A DNA stretch of 64,000 bases from Pocillopora damicornis (lineage: Eukaryota). Location: NCBI RefSeq assembly GCF_003704095.1, contig NW_020846109.1, forward strand, positions 186,001-250,000, written 5' to 3'. Positions 1 through 11,212 of this stretch are shown here, piece after piece. Position numbers and translations under genes: made by a program. Positions within the stretch are counted from its first letter, which is position 1. Every line of letters begins with the position of its first letter. The notes beneath the pieces are model-generated. The model was not told the origin of the DNA. It saw only the letters and a list, made by a program, of their open reading frames with translations, and made no database searches.

Positions 1-3000
1 GTACTCACATGAAGAAGGAGGACCTGTTCCCGCAGGATGTCGAACACTTGATCGACACCTGCGGGATTGACACGCCTCAGCAGCTACAGCGTGAGCAAAA
101 TTTCATTTCCTAGTACTTTTGAGTAAAGATATGATCACTGTGATTGTTTTACAGGCGCATAACAGAAACACTGGGAAAGCCCTCGCACTCTTTCATCCTT
201 CATGCTCACGTTGGCCCAATTGCCCTTTGTTCTACACAGTCTCAGTCTCAGTCTGTCCAAAACCTCATATTTTTTCGATCTTTAAATCTTAGTCGCCTTC
301 ATCATTTCGGCGTCGTTCCACTCTGGATGTCGGCAAGGGTCGCTGACCCGAAATAAAAGAAGGCCTTTGGCCAACGAGCTCTTAGAGGAGCTCGGTAGTC
401 CACCTCCGGTGAGGGAGTAGGAGGATAAGCCAACTTTCCTTTGTGTAAGTATAAAATATCAGGGTCACGATAATTTGATTAAATCAGTTTCGGACAATGG
501 GTTAGTTCCCTTCTTCGATAATGTACTGTCTTTATTTCCTGACATTCAATAATTCAACTTGACTATTGTTCTTACGTTCATGCAGAAAAGACGACGATGA
601 CCACATGAAACTCACCATTGAGTTTCAAAAGGAGAAACAGGACGGTGGAAATGTTGAGTACAGGTACTCATTACAAAATTATTTAACGACAGTCATATAT
701 TCATTTTCTGCGCCAGGTATAGCTGTCGATTCCCTTCAATATGTACATATTTCTTATTTCTTATATTTTAAAAAATTTATTCGGCACCAAATGCATCGGC
801 ACAGGCTCAGACCGGTGGTGGCTTGTTTAATTATATGGTATAGATGTATTTCTGTTATGCTCTTGTTTTCCTTTGAAATATAAAAAATAAGTATTAAAAA
901 TTCTTGACCTATTTATGTTTCAGGAGACCTTTTACGTTTACCCCGTTGCATAAAGGTTCCCCTTACGACCCGGCAACCTTGGGGTTTTTGTTCCTGGCCG
1001 TAAGGGGTGCCTTTATTCTGCCTGCTAAAGAAGCATACGAGCGTGGTGACTTCCGTCTTCGAGAAGACGCGAAGTCATGGTATCTCCTTTGTGAGATAGA
1101 CCAGTCTAGTGGAGCAATCAATGTAAATATTTTCATTTTTTTTTTTATTTTCTTATAGTTCACTAGATTCTAGTCAAGGGATTTTCTGTCTTCTCCGCCC
1201 ACAGTCTCTCACTACCCATGCATGTCGACGCATGATGAAAAATAATTTCACGCAATACTTTTAAATTTAAATGTCACAAGTGATGATGTGTATGGTTAAA
1301 ATAGAATCTACTACCGTCCAGTATATCTCGTGTAATCGCAATATTTCCTTTACTCTCAGAACACCAAGCCACTACAAGGCCTTACAGCCACGTTTAATAC
1401 CCTTGTGGCTAAGGCAGGATTTGATGTGCGGAAATTAACGCATCACTGTAATAGATCGGTTAGTTTAAAAAAAGAAATTTCTTCTTTCTTCATTCATATC
1501 ATATTACTTTACCTTTAAACAAATGTTGTCCATTTGATAATGATCTTATAGTTACTGTTTTTCATCTTTATAACAGGGTATGGCCACGACATTTATAATA
1601 AATGAAACTATTAAGAATAATGGTACTTTTCCGAGGGAAAGTGTGGCCACCCTGTGCCGTCTGGGCGGCTGGTCCGAAAAAAGTGGAACGTGGTCACTAT
1701 ACGTGAAGGATGTTTTTGAAAAACACCTTGACACGAGTTCCTTTCTCTATCGGTAAGGATCCCAGCATATCTTTTCCTTTGGAAAACTCAGTATATCGAT
1801 TAATCGAAGCAATGTTTACGGCATTAAGGGGGAAATGATAATCAAAATATATAAAAGATAATTTCTGATGAATGATGAAATAAAAGGTTTGTTAAAGAAA
1901 TGAGCTTTGTGGCAAGTTTCGTTTGGAAAGCGACATAATTCGGTTGTTATCTATGAGAATTGAAACAAAATATCTTTTTTGGCCGCACAAAAGTGAAAGC
2001 TATTCTCTTCGTTATTTTCAGCGACCTCCGTCCAGACAACAGGGCAACCTACCTGGAAGATATAAAATCCGCCTTCAATTACCGAGTAGATAAAAACCTC
2101 CAAACAATGGAGGATTGCCACGCCGTAGAGGGTTTTGCAGGATACCCGCACGAATTCAGAGACACTGGTCTGAACATTTCGATCGGGGAGGCAGAGAAAG
2201 GTGATTACTTTTAATTTTCTGCATGTAATAAACCAATTGATCACATGTGACGATATGTGAATTTAACTTTTCTTTTTTTCCTACAGAACTTGAAAAAATG
2301 AAAAAAGGAGAAAGTGCTGAAAAGGTGCTTTACATAGATCCCTTGTTTGAATCATTGTTTTCGATTGTGGTCAAAGTCACAGACCCCAAGATTTAGTTTA
2401 ATTCATTTTTGCATTGATATTATATTCTCACATTTGATAAATAGTGAATTTCAATTTCCTTTTGTGCTCCCAGGAATGACAATGAAGGGCCTCACATTTA
2501 AAATAAAAGCCCTGAAACAACAGGCTGTGTTTCGCTTTGCCTCCGCATACAACGCGAAACAACACGATGAGGCCAGGGCGAAAAATCCACCACCGCACCC
2601 AAACAAACTTGTAAGTAGTCAAACATATTTGAAATGTTCTCTTGCTTGCATTGACATCTTTTTCGTAATTTCACATTAATCAGTCCCGCTTAAAAATTTT
2701 ATTAGTTACACTCACGGCCATTTGGTTTTGTCCATTTTCCTTATTAGGGGTTTACAAAACCACTGAATATGTTAGGCCACTTGAAATTCTTGTTGGAGTC
2801 AGAGAGGGGGGAAGATCTTTCCCTAAGGAGATTTTCTCCCCTCGATTACTCTATGAAGCTATCTGGACCTGTAGAGTGCCCGTTTGAAGGTTGTGGGTTC
2901 CAAACAGATCTCGGCAAGACAATGATCAGCCACCAGCAGGAGGTGCGCCACCCTGGTTGGAATCGGCACGATACCACCAGGGAAGGCCAATCTAAGCCTT

Positions 3001-3224
3001 GGCATTGCGGTCTGAGGACATGCCAGAAGGCTTTCCCAACGTGGGACGGGTGCTACAAGCATATGCAGTCCCACAGCAAGCCTCTGGCATGTCCTGTTTG
3101 CGAAAGTTTCAGGACAGACCGAATGCCAAGGCTTAAGAAACATCTCAAAGAAGTGCATGGACAACAAAACGTAGGAAGCGGCCACTTCTCGAGGAAGAGT
3201 GGAAGTAAATTCCTCGCAAAGTGA
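1..3224 (+). mobile_element. Intron-rich tyrosine recombinase + 3x C2H2 zinc-finger gene (DUF3435/Starship-captain-like or Crypton-like YR element); 5' end may lie outside window, probably degenerate
   Basis: Manual GT-AG splicing gives exons <1-90, 293-408 (or -444), 586-663, 924-1122, 1360-1458, 1577-1752, 2022-2200, 2287-2324, 2474-2610, 2748-3224. Translation: KKEDLFPQDVEHLI..QLAFIISASFHSGCRQGSL (Arg 331-333)..LTIEFQKEKQD..YDPATLGFLFLAVRGAF..KLTHHCNRSG (HxxR 1444-1455)..LCRLGGWSEKSGTWSLY (Trp 1670, Tyr 1700)..HLDTSSFL, then CPFEGC..H..H, CGLRTC..H..H, CPVC..H..H. Phases match from exon 3 to exon 8 and exon 9 to 10. The exon 2/3 join is ambiguous, and exon 8 lacks 4 nt relative to the second copy. 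Confidence 0.8.
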
Positions 3225-4284
3225 AGGCAAGTATTCGCACCCTTAATCACTTGAAGCCACGAATTCATCTACACAGAATTTTCGACAACACGTCCCTTCA
3301 TCATAAAAAGGAAAGCAACGATGTTCCTACAAACACAATTTTCACGAAAAATCTTTCACGACGACGATGAGACGAACTTTGTTCTTGATGATGGCCATAT
3401 TTAAGATAGATTTCATTATTTGATCTGTTGGGAGGATTAAAGATGATTTTCACTAATCTAATCTTATTCCCTTTTAGGTCATGCACTTTTTCCCTACACC
3501 GATTCTTTTTTCTTGCCGAGTTTTTATATCCCCGCTCGCTGGTTCAACTAAATCAAGAGGACTGTATCTTTCGATGTTACAACAGGATTTAATCCAAACC
3601 AACAATGTATTGCGGTATACAATTATAACATATTCAACGGCCGTAACACAACGATCAGTGATCAACGATCAACTGACACATTCTAAGTATTTTTCTGCTA
3701 CCCTGCGTAAGGTAGTATTTTACAAGAATCACATGTCCAGAAAAACTTCCTATTGTGATGCATCTAAATTAGGTGACTATTACAAAATCGCACGTTCTTT
3801 CACCTTATTTAGCCTAAGAAAACACAGGCAGTTGCATCATTATATATCGTAAATATATTGAACCAGTTGTTTGTTAACTACTTTAAGGTTACGATATCGC
3901 TTCAGCAAGCTTAATGTGTAGTCGACATAAAATAAAGACACACCTTCCATTGCTGTATTGTGGATCGACTTTAAAAGCTTTAAACAGAGTGTACTTGCCC
4001 TCAAGATGGTGTATGGATTATGACCTCCACATGTTCATGCTAATGTTGATTGGAATCATGCCCTGGCTGTAAAATTGAAAAAATGATTGAAATCTTCAAA
4101 GACTCCGTTTAAATAGTGCACGCTGGCCATTTTTTGCGTCGTTTCAGAACGCGAGCCAGTTGCTTTTAGGGCTGGAAAGACATCATCTTTTGTCTGTGTC
4201 ACTGCTGGTCATCTTTGGTTTAATATCTCTATTTGCGGCTTTTCCTACAATTTTTTTTCAATAGAAGCTGTGAGTTTGGTTAAT

Positions 4285-4392
4285 ACAATAAAAAAAAAAT
4301 TTAAAAAAAAACAATTAAAAAAAAAAACAATTTTTAAAAAAAACAATTTAAAAAAAAACAATTAAAAAAAAAAAACAATTTAAAAAAAAAAT
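4285..4392. repeat. A-rich low-complexity tandem repeat (about AAAAAAAACAATT)n
   Basis: Several 14-17 nt units of A-run + CAATT(T) visible directly. Confidence 0.85.
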
Positions 4393-4491
4393 TTACTACT
4401 CCTGATCTTACCTAAAATAAAACAAAACAAAATAAAACAACTAAAAAAATTTGCTAAAAACAATTTGTCTTCAAATGTGAAGACAAAAATA

Positions 4492-4564
4492 TGTCTTTGG
4501 CAGGGCTCGAACCTGCGACCTTCCGCGTGTGAGGCGGACGTGATAACCACTACACTACAAAGAC
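4492..4564 (-). tRNA. tRNA-Val(CAC)
   Basis: Reverse complement folds as a cloverleaf: acceptor GTCTTTG/CAAAGAC, anticodon arm TCCGC-CT CAC AC-GCGGA, T arm GCAGG-TTCGAGC-CCTGC; T-run terminator follows. Confidence 0.95.
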
Positions 4565-5194
4565 CACAACGATATAGTGGAGGAAACTTTAATTAATTAA
4601 TTCTTATTTTCCTTGGTTCTATCGCCCTCAGTTTTTTCTCTTTCGGCCTTGTGATAAATGCAAATAGTTACTGACTAAACATCTGCTTGAACTGAAGAGT
4701 CGATGAAACCTTTTATTCCTCAGCTGGCAAAGCTCTTATCCTTCTGTTAAGACCCACAACAATTGTCTCTCATGACACAAGAGTTCCTATGCCTGACTTA
4801 AAGAAAGAATACCCGTTGAAAATATATCGCCCCAGACTTCACTGAGGTTACTTTTTTGGTCTCGACCGTCTTCATCCTAAATTCACTCCCTCCTTTCTTT
4901 CCTTTCTCAATTCCTTGCTATTTATCTATGGATCAGTTGACCTTAAATTTTTCTCAATGAACAACTGCTCTTTGTTTCACGCACATGTGCAAAAAGTATT
5001 GTTCCGAAACGTTAATCCCGGAGTCCATTTGGCGTCCTTTGTCCAGATTCAAATTTTCTTGATTTCCCCCACGCGGCATTTTCCGCGCTTTAATTACTTC
5101 CAGCCTTTGTTCCTTGCCCTCGAGGCAGTTTCCAAGCCTATTTCGTCCCATTTTCCTTCCAAACGTCACCCTAGGTGCTTCTTCGATTCTAGAA

Positions 5195-7675
5195 ATGCCA
5201 AGGAAGCGTAAGCATTCGAGTGAAGAAGAAGAGGAGGAGGCAGAAGAAGTTGAAAATAATATTCGAGCGAAGCGGCGCGCTGCTGTGGAAGCACGTGATC
5301 GAGTAGCGGCTAAGGAAGGCGCGAGCGACGATGAAGACGAAGAAGATGACCTGGATGAGGAGGACGACGACGACAAAGATGAAGATTACGAAGGGGAAGG
5401 AGTAGGAGATGAAGAAGGAGACGAGGAAGGTGATGAAGATGATGAGGAAGAGGAAGAAAATGACGGCGCTGGAGGAGCAGAGGGCGAAGATGACGACGAA
5501 GACGATGAAGAAGTCGAAGATGAGGAACAAGAACCGGATACAGTTGAATGCATTCTGGCTGATTTGGAGGAACCAACGTCAGGTATTTTATCTATTTATT
5601 CAGCTATTTTTTGTCTTAATTTCCGATAAGGTTGCAAAATTTTTCCACGGCGCTTCGTAAATTGCTATTATCCCTCGTTTCGTGATCAAATCGCGTGTTC
5701 AGTCGCGCGCGATGGAACACGACTACAGGATTTTGATTGAAATATTGAGCTCGAGTTTAGCGTGTTTTCGAGATAAATGTTTTCCGCCGGATCATTATTA
5801 GGAGAAAAAAGTTTAGACAGATACGTAACCTAAAAAAGAAATTCTCCGTGATTTAGCTTGTGTGTTGTTGAATCCCCTTTTGTCTCCTAATCGTCTTTTG
5901 TCAGGTTTACGCGGAGCACGTGGAAAATTTTCTGTAGTTGGGAACGCTCTCATGATTTGGCATATCTTTTGGTTATTTTGGCTATTCTTTATCGGCACAG
6001 CTGATAAACTTGTGTTTTAAACCACTTCCGCTTGGATTCTTGATGTCAAATTTAATTTATAAACAAATAACTAGTCGTTTGATTGTAAGTTGCCAAAGTA
6101 CAAAGAATTAAGCGTTATTCTATCTCAAAGCTTTATATCTTTGACGGATAAGCGAAAAATAGTTGTTTGCTGTCTTAGTCTTGTAAGTTCATTAATATCA
6201 TCCTTTACTTATATGCATGTGATTAAGGAAGGCACTAAAGATGAAATACTCTGTTGTGTGGCATCTACCAATAGTCTGTGGCTAGATCGTTGCACTGACG
6301 TCATAAGCTTCAATCATATAATTTTAAGTCTTTGACTTAGTTACTTAGAGCAGATAACATCTGTAATACCGTTTGAAGATTTAGCACCTAATGTGTTATT
6401 ATCCAAATACACAGATCTAAAATTGGGGAAAGCAAAATTTGTGTTTAAGATAAACTTGAGAATACCTTTACCAAGACATTAAGAGATGCTAAAATTAGGA
6501 TAAACTTTTCCAACGATTTTGAACTCAAAGGAATTAGAGGATGGGTTCTGATCTGTTTGATATTAACTCTGGAGACCTAGCAGTGATCTGAAATACCACC
6601 CTGTGCACATGAAATATTGTTATGACCTAATACTTATTATGGTGATATGGTTACTCTAAAATTTCTCTTCTTGACCCTTTGATCTTTTAAGAGAAACTAG
6701 TTTCTAATTTCTCCTTCAGTATCATCCCTGAATCACACATTATGGTCAGGAGAATAAGTGAAATGATCACTAACAAAAGAAACCCTTAATTGTTAAAAAA
6801 AAAAACTCGCCTTGTCAGCTTGCTAGGAATTGTATTATGGAAGATACATGGGTGCAAGAAATGATTCTTAACACAAGGTTTTGTATTATACATCAGGCTT
6901 AGAAATACTATTTTTGAAATTTTACAGATACTCCAGGTTATGTCTTAAGGAAAAAAGACAGCCCCAAGAAAATGGAACTCTGTTTTATGGGAGAAATGAG
7001 GGAAACATTGGTTGATGTCACTGAAGCTTTTCAAGCACATTTTGAGGAGAAGAAACTACCTGTTCTTCAGATTACAAAATTTGACATGATAGGAGATACC
7101 AATGATACAACACAGGTAAGTTGCTGAGTGCAAGGTCTCATTCATTAACATTGTTCATCCAGGGTACCCAATACTGTTATTTCTTGTCTCATCTGTAAAT
7201 TGCTAGTAAAGGCAGCCAATCAGGTTGCCTGATTCGATCACATGGCTTTTAAATTGAGTCCTAGGAATAAAGAGGGAAGGGAAGGTTTCCACACCCAGTG
7301 TAAAAACGTTTTTAAGTGTGCTCCTTAACTATTAATAAAAAACTGTTGTTAACTTTTGCTTGCAATCAAATTTGTAGCAATGGGTATATATTATTGCCAG
7401 GTGTATCATAAACTTTATTAGTGTTCTGGTAAAATGACATTCAAAAGGCATTATAGTTCTTTGAATAGTTTTCTTTGTACTCACTCAGTGGACTGTTGTT
7501 CTTTATTCACCAGGTTGATGTTTTGGAGATCAAATATGACAAGGCATATGACATCAGAGAATTAGATGATGACAGTGATGACATACTTTCACAAAATTTT
7601 TATTGTGTTGTCAGAGTAGAAGGAATTGAAGGCACTTGGGCTACACAATATTTTCTACCAGAACCTGAGGACTGA
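5195..7675 (+). CDS. Hypothetical protein with N-terminal NLS-like motif, long Asp/Glu tract and unrecognised C-terminal domain (3 exons)
   Basis: Exons 5195-5582, 6928-7115, 7514-7675 join in phase with GT-AG sites. MPRKRKH..KRR, about 80-aa D/E tract, then DTPGYVLRKKDSPKKMELCF..FYCVVRVEGIEGTWATQYFLPEPED*. Confidence 0.7.
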
Positions 7676-9003
7676 GTTGAACAGGGTTTAGGCATGATTG
7701 GGGGCATAAGCTTTCAGAACTAGCACATCTGTAAAAATTAAAAAGAAAACGTGCTTTTAGACCACAAAAAATTTTATGATCTTGCTGTTTAGGTGATACC
7801 TTTGTACCAGTTAAAAGCACAGTATAAAGTGTGTTGTTCAATTTTTTGTTGTGTTATAATGTAACCTGGTATGTTTGTGGAGGTAGCTGTTAATTTTGTC
7901 TGTTGCTGTAGGTTTGATGTAAGCTACACTTAAAATTGCAAATTAATTTAGTTAGTATTTGAAATTTGGAAAGGCAGGTTAATGTCCAACTATGTCTGTG
8001 AGATTATTGCTTTGAAGCAAGGATCACAAGTAACATGTATGTTTGTGGTTTTTTGGTAAACTTTGTAGTTTAGATATTTGTAAAAAATAAATGAAAGTTA
8101 ATAGACACTATATGGACATTTGCTTGATTTTTCTGAAGTATATCTGTAATGCAATTGTTGTTCTTCACCATCTTGGGAAAATTATTTAAACACAATACAA
8201 GTTGCCATGTTCCTGATGGACATTTGTAGACTGGTGCCCATGGTGATGCTACACAGAGGAAGCTTGATAACCCTTTCTCTCCCAAAATTGAAATTGCAAA
8301 TTCTATGCACTGTGTCCCATAAGAGGCTAATGCTTTCTGTTCTGAGAATATAATCTTAAAGCATAAGGCATTCATGCTTAGCTGACTCAAAAATTTAAGA
8401 GTAAAAGCTAACACACATTCCAACCAACTTAAAAGTGGAGAGAGAGCAAAGGATGGAACCTGCATTGGTTTTTACACATATACACATATCTTATAAGGCA
8501 TTTTGGTGTGTAGTACTGCTGAGTAATTTTACAAAATATAATGTATCTTGATAAGCCTGCAAGGCAAGTCAAAATACATTTAAAAAAAAACAAACAGTAA
8601 AAATATTCAGCAATACAACACATCAAGACGTCTCATAAGTTATTTATTGCCCAATTACATTATTTTGCGTGCATTTCTTATAAGACAGGAAAACAAAGCA
8701 AATAAGTGAAGAAGAAGAAGAAGTGATTTGTGACAGGTCTCCTGCTGGATTATTGTACAATACAACTAACCATCCAAATTACCACACAATATCATGGGAT
8801 ATTAGTATTAAACAGAATTACCACATCCTATCCCAACCCTTTGCTGAGGTATCTGATAGTTCAGCAGTCCTTAAGTTCTAGCTGCAACCATCACTTGTTC
8901 TGCACCGTGCAGTATTCAATGAAGAACTGCCATCTCATCTCAAACATTTACATCCTTATTACCCTACATATCAAAATATTTGCAGAAAGGAGACATGTTG
9001 TGA

Positions 9004-11120
9004 TCAAGGTCTATGTTGTTGTTCTCTGTCTGTTAAAGGTACATATCGTACACCCATTAACTTTTGCCGGACTATATTTCCATCTTTGTCCTTGTCAATC
9101 TGTTCAAGCCATTGGTCACCACTGATGGGGCCTACAGGTATAAAAAGCCTGCCTCCAGGCTTCAGTTGTTCCAAGAGGGCATCAGGGATGGGGTGAGCTG
9201 CAGCACCCACATGAATTGCATCATATGGTGCATCTGAAACAAACAAATGTATCCAGTTAATCCTTGAATCTTAACACCCTTACATCAGTACACACATTCT
9301 ACACAATGTTTCTTTACACTTTGTATAGTACTGACAAGAAGAATTTGTTTACAAATTAACAGCTTTTTATGGTGGTTATCATCTCTCTTATTTTCATGAT
9401 TTATATGCTTAATTCAGAAGCGATAGGGCAAGTCTGTCTTCTAGCTACTGCAGCTGCAAAAATCCCATAAATGAGATATGGGTCAAAATTTTTAGATCAT
9501 GACCACTCCCACTTTCTCCCCTGACCCACAAACATCTGTCTGTGTTGTTTCACATATCTCCAGCTGTTTTTAAGTAATGAGAAGTAATTCATTTTGAGGC
9601 AATGGACAAATTTGGAACTAAATAGATGATTGGATGTTTCTAAAAGTAATCCAAGGAAAATCTGTGTGGACAATTCATTGATCTGAATAAACTCTAGAAG
9701 GGGATCATTCTAGAAAACAAGGTTGAAATTTGTCCATTGCTTTATTACTCTTATTTTCAACATTGGCAGGTGCATAAGAACATTTCATATGCAGAAATAT
9801 TGTTACATTTAAAGAATCAATCCTCGCAGTTATCAACACTACTGAACTAGTATTTGAAATAAGGCCTGAAAAAATTAAGGCCCATATGGGATTTGAACCC
9901 ATGACCTCTATGATACCCATGCAGCTCTCTTCCAACTGAGTTGACAAGGTTTATTTGGATCCAACATAATGACCAGCTCCCATATATTTACAGCCATTAT
10001 TGTTACATTTGTTTCCATAATTTTGGTTACCTACCATCTGCATATCCCCTTCTTCCATCCCCTATCACAAGAACTATCCTCCCACTAGTCATAAGATCTG
10101 AATTTTGTTGTTTTATATTTTTTTTAGACAACTCCACAAGTTCAGGAATATGGTCAATACCAATCACTTTTCCACTCTCTCCTACCATCTCTGCCATACA
10201 TGCAGTTAAGTAGCCACTACCTGAAACAAAGAATTTTATTGAATGATATATAAAATATTTTTCAACAGATACAGCCCAAGGACTGAAGGGGGTCTTATTT
10301 ACAGTGAGCCAGTTAGTATTGCAAGTTTGTTATCATTTACCAAGCCACCACTTGTTAGAAATTTGTTTTTGTCACAGATCTTACCCTACTCTCAAAATTC
10401 AACATGGTTGCTGATAGAAAGTTTTTCCAAATAAAAACTGAGTACTTAATTACTGGCATCATTCAAATTTTTGAGACTCTATGGAAAAAGATTTTAGTAG
10501 TTGCTTTTAAACCCCCCCCCCCCACCCCCCAGATTTGCTTCATAATTCAATAGAAATTTTTCCTTAGAAGGGTAGTTTGCTTGTGAAAGATTACTTCATC
10601 TTCATTGGAAGCAGCATGTAAAGGAGTAGCTAACCCCCTTGTTGGAAGATTCTGACTGCATTAGATAGAATTTCTGTATCATACCTGAACCCACATCCAA
10701 AGCCTTAGCCCCTTCATACAAATGGTCTTTGAGCATCTCCAAAGCGTGCGCGTGCATATGAGGAGCACTAATTGTCACGCCATATCCAATCGCCTGAGGA
10801 GAATCCATATACGGTGAGATACTACAGTAGTTTCCCCGATCTACTTTTCTCATAGCGTCCTCCACTCGTCGAGATTTGATGATTTTGTTCCGCTTAAGCT
10901 TAGAAACAAGATCATCGTTGTCATTTCCATGCGAGCGCCACTCCATGCCACTTGCATGAACTGGTTCTTGTGTAAGCTCCGGATCCTGTTGCTCCGCTCG
11001 TTCTTCACCTTCTGGGCAGCTTCTTCCTTCGCAGAAACCGGTTTCTATCTGCTGAGCTATTACATAAGCCAAGCCATAATATAGCATAAGTATCACACAC
11101 CTCAAAGTGTAGTAGCTCAT
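9004..11120 (-). CDS. PCMT1: Protein-L-isoaspartate(D-aspartate) O-methyltransferase with 58-aa N-terminal extension (3 exons)
   Basis: Exons 11120-10685, 10220-10035, 9233-9004 in phase. Motifs [57 protein letters not shown]. Confidence 0.93.
9810..9947 (-). repeat. tRNA-derived SINE-like repeat in PCMT intron
   Basis: AATAAGGCCTGAAAAAA..GGATTTGAACCCATGACCTC..CCAACTGAG (B-box-like on minus strand); homologous to 19250-19600. Confidence 0.55.
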
Positions 11121-11212
11121 TATTATTCACAACACGATTCAACAGTGAGAGGCTGGGGCTGAGCGCTATAAAATATTTCCCAGAAGGCAATAGTGTGTTA
11201 TGAGGAACATTC

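Noticed and set aside
2769-3224. Stand-alone C2H2 zinc-finger transcription factor
   Set aside because: An in-phase acceptor at 2747 links it to the upstream YR exons, and the second copy preserves the linkage.
1-3224. DIRS/Ngaro retrotransposon as the source of the YR
   Set aside because: No RT/RNase H or gag seen nearby, and many introns are retained in both copies, which argues against an RNA intermediate; the region upstream of the window cannot be seen.
4954-5660. Ser-rich, Phe-rich and His/Leu-rich ORFs overlapping the acidic exon
   Set aside because: Alternative-frame and antisense shadows of the GAA/GAT-rich coding sequence.
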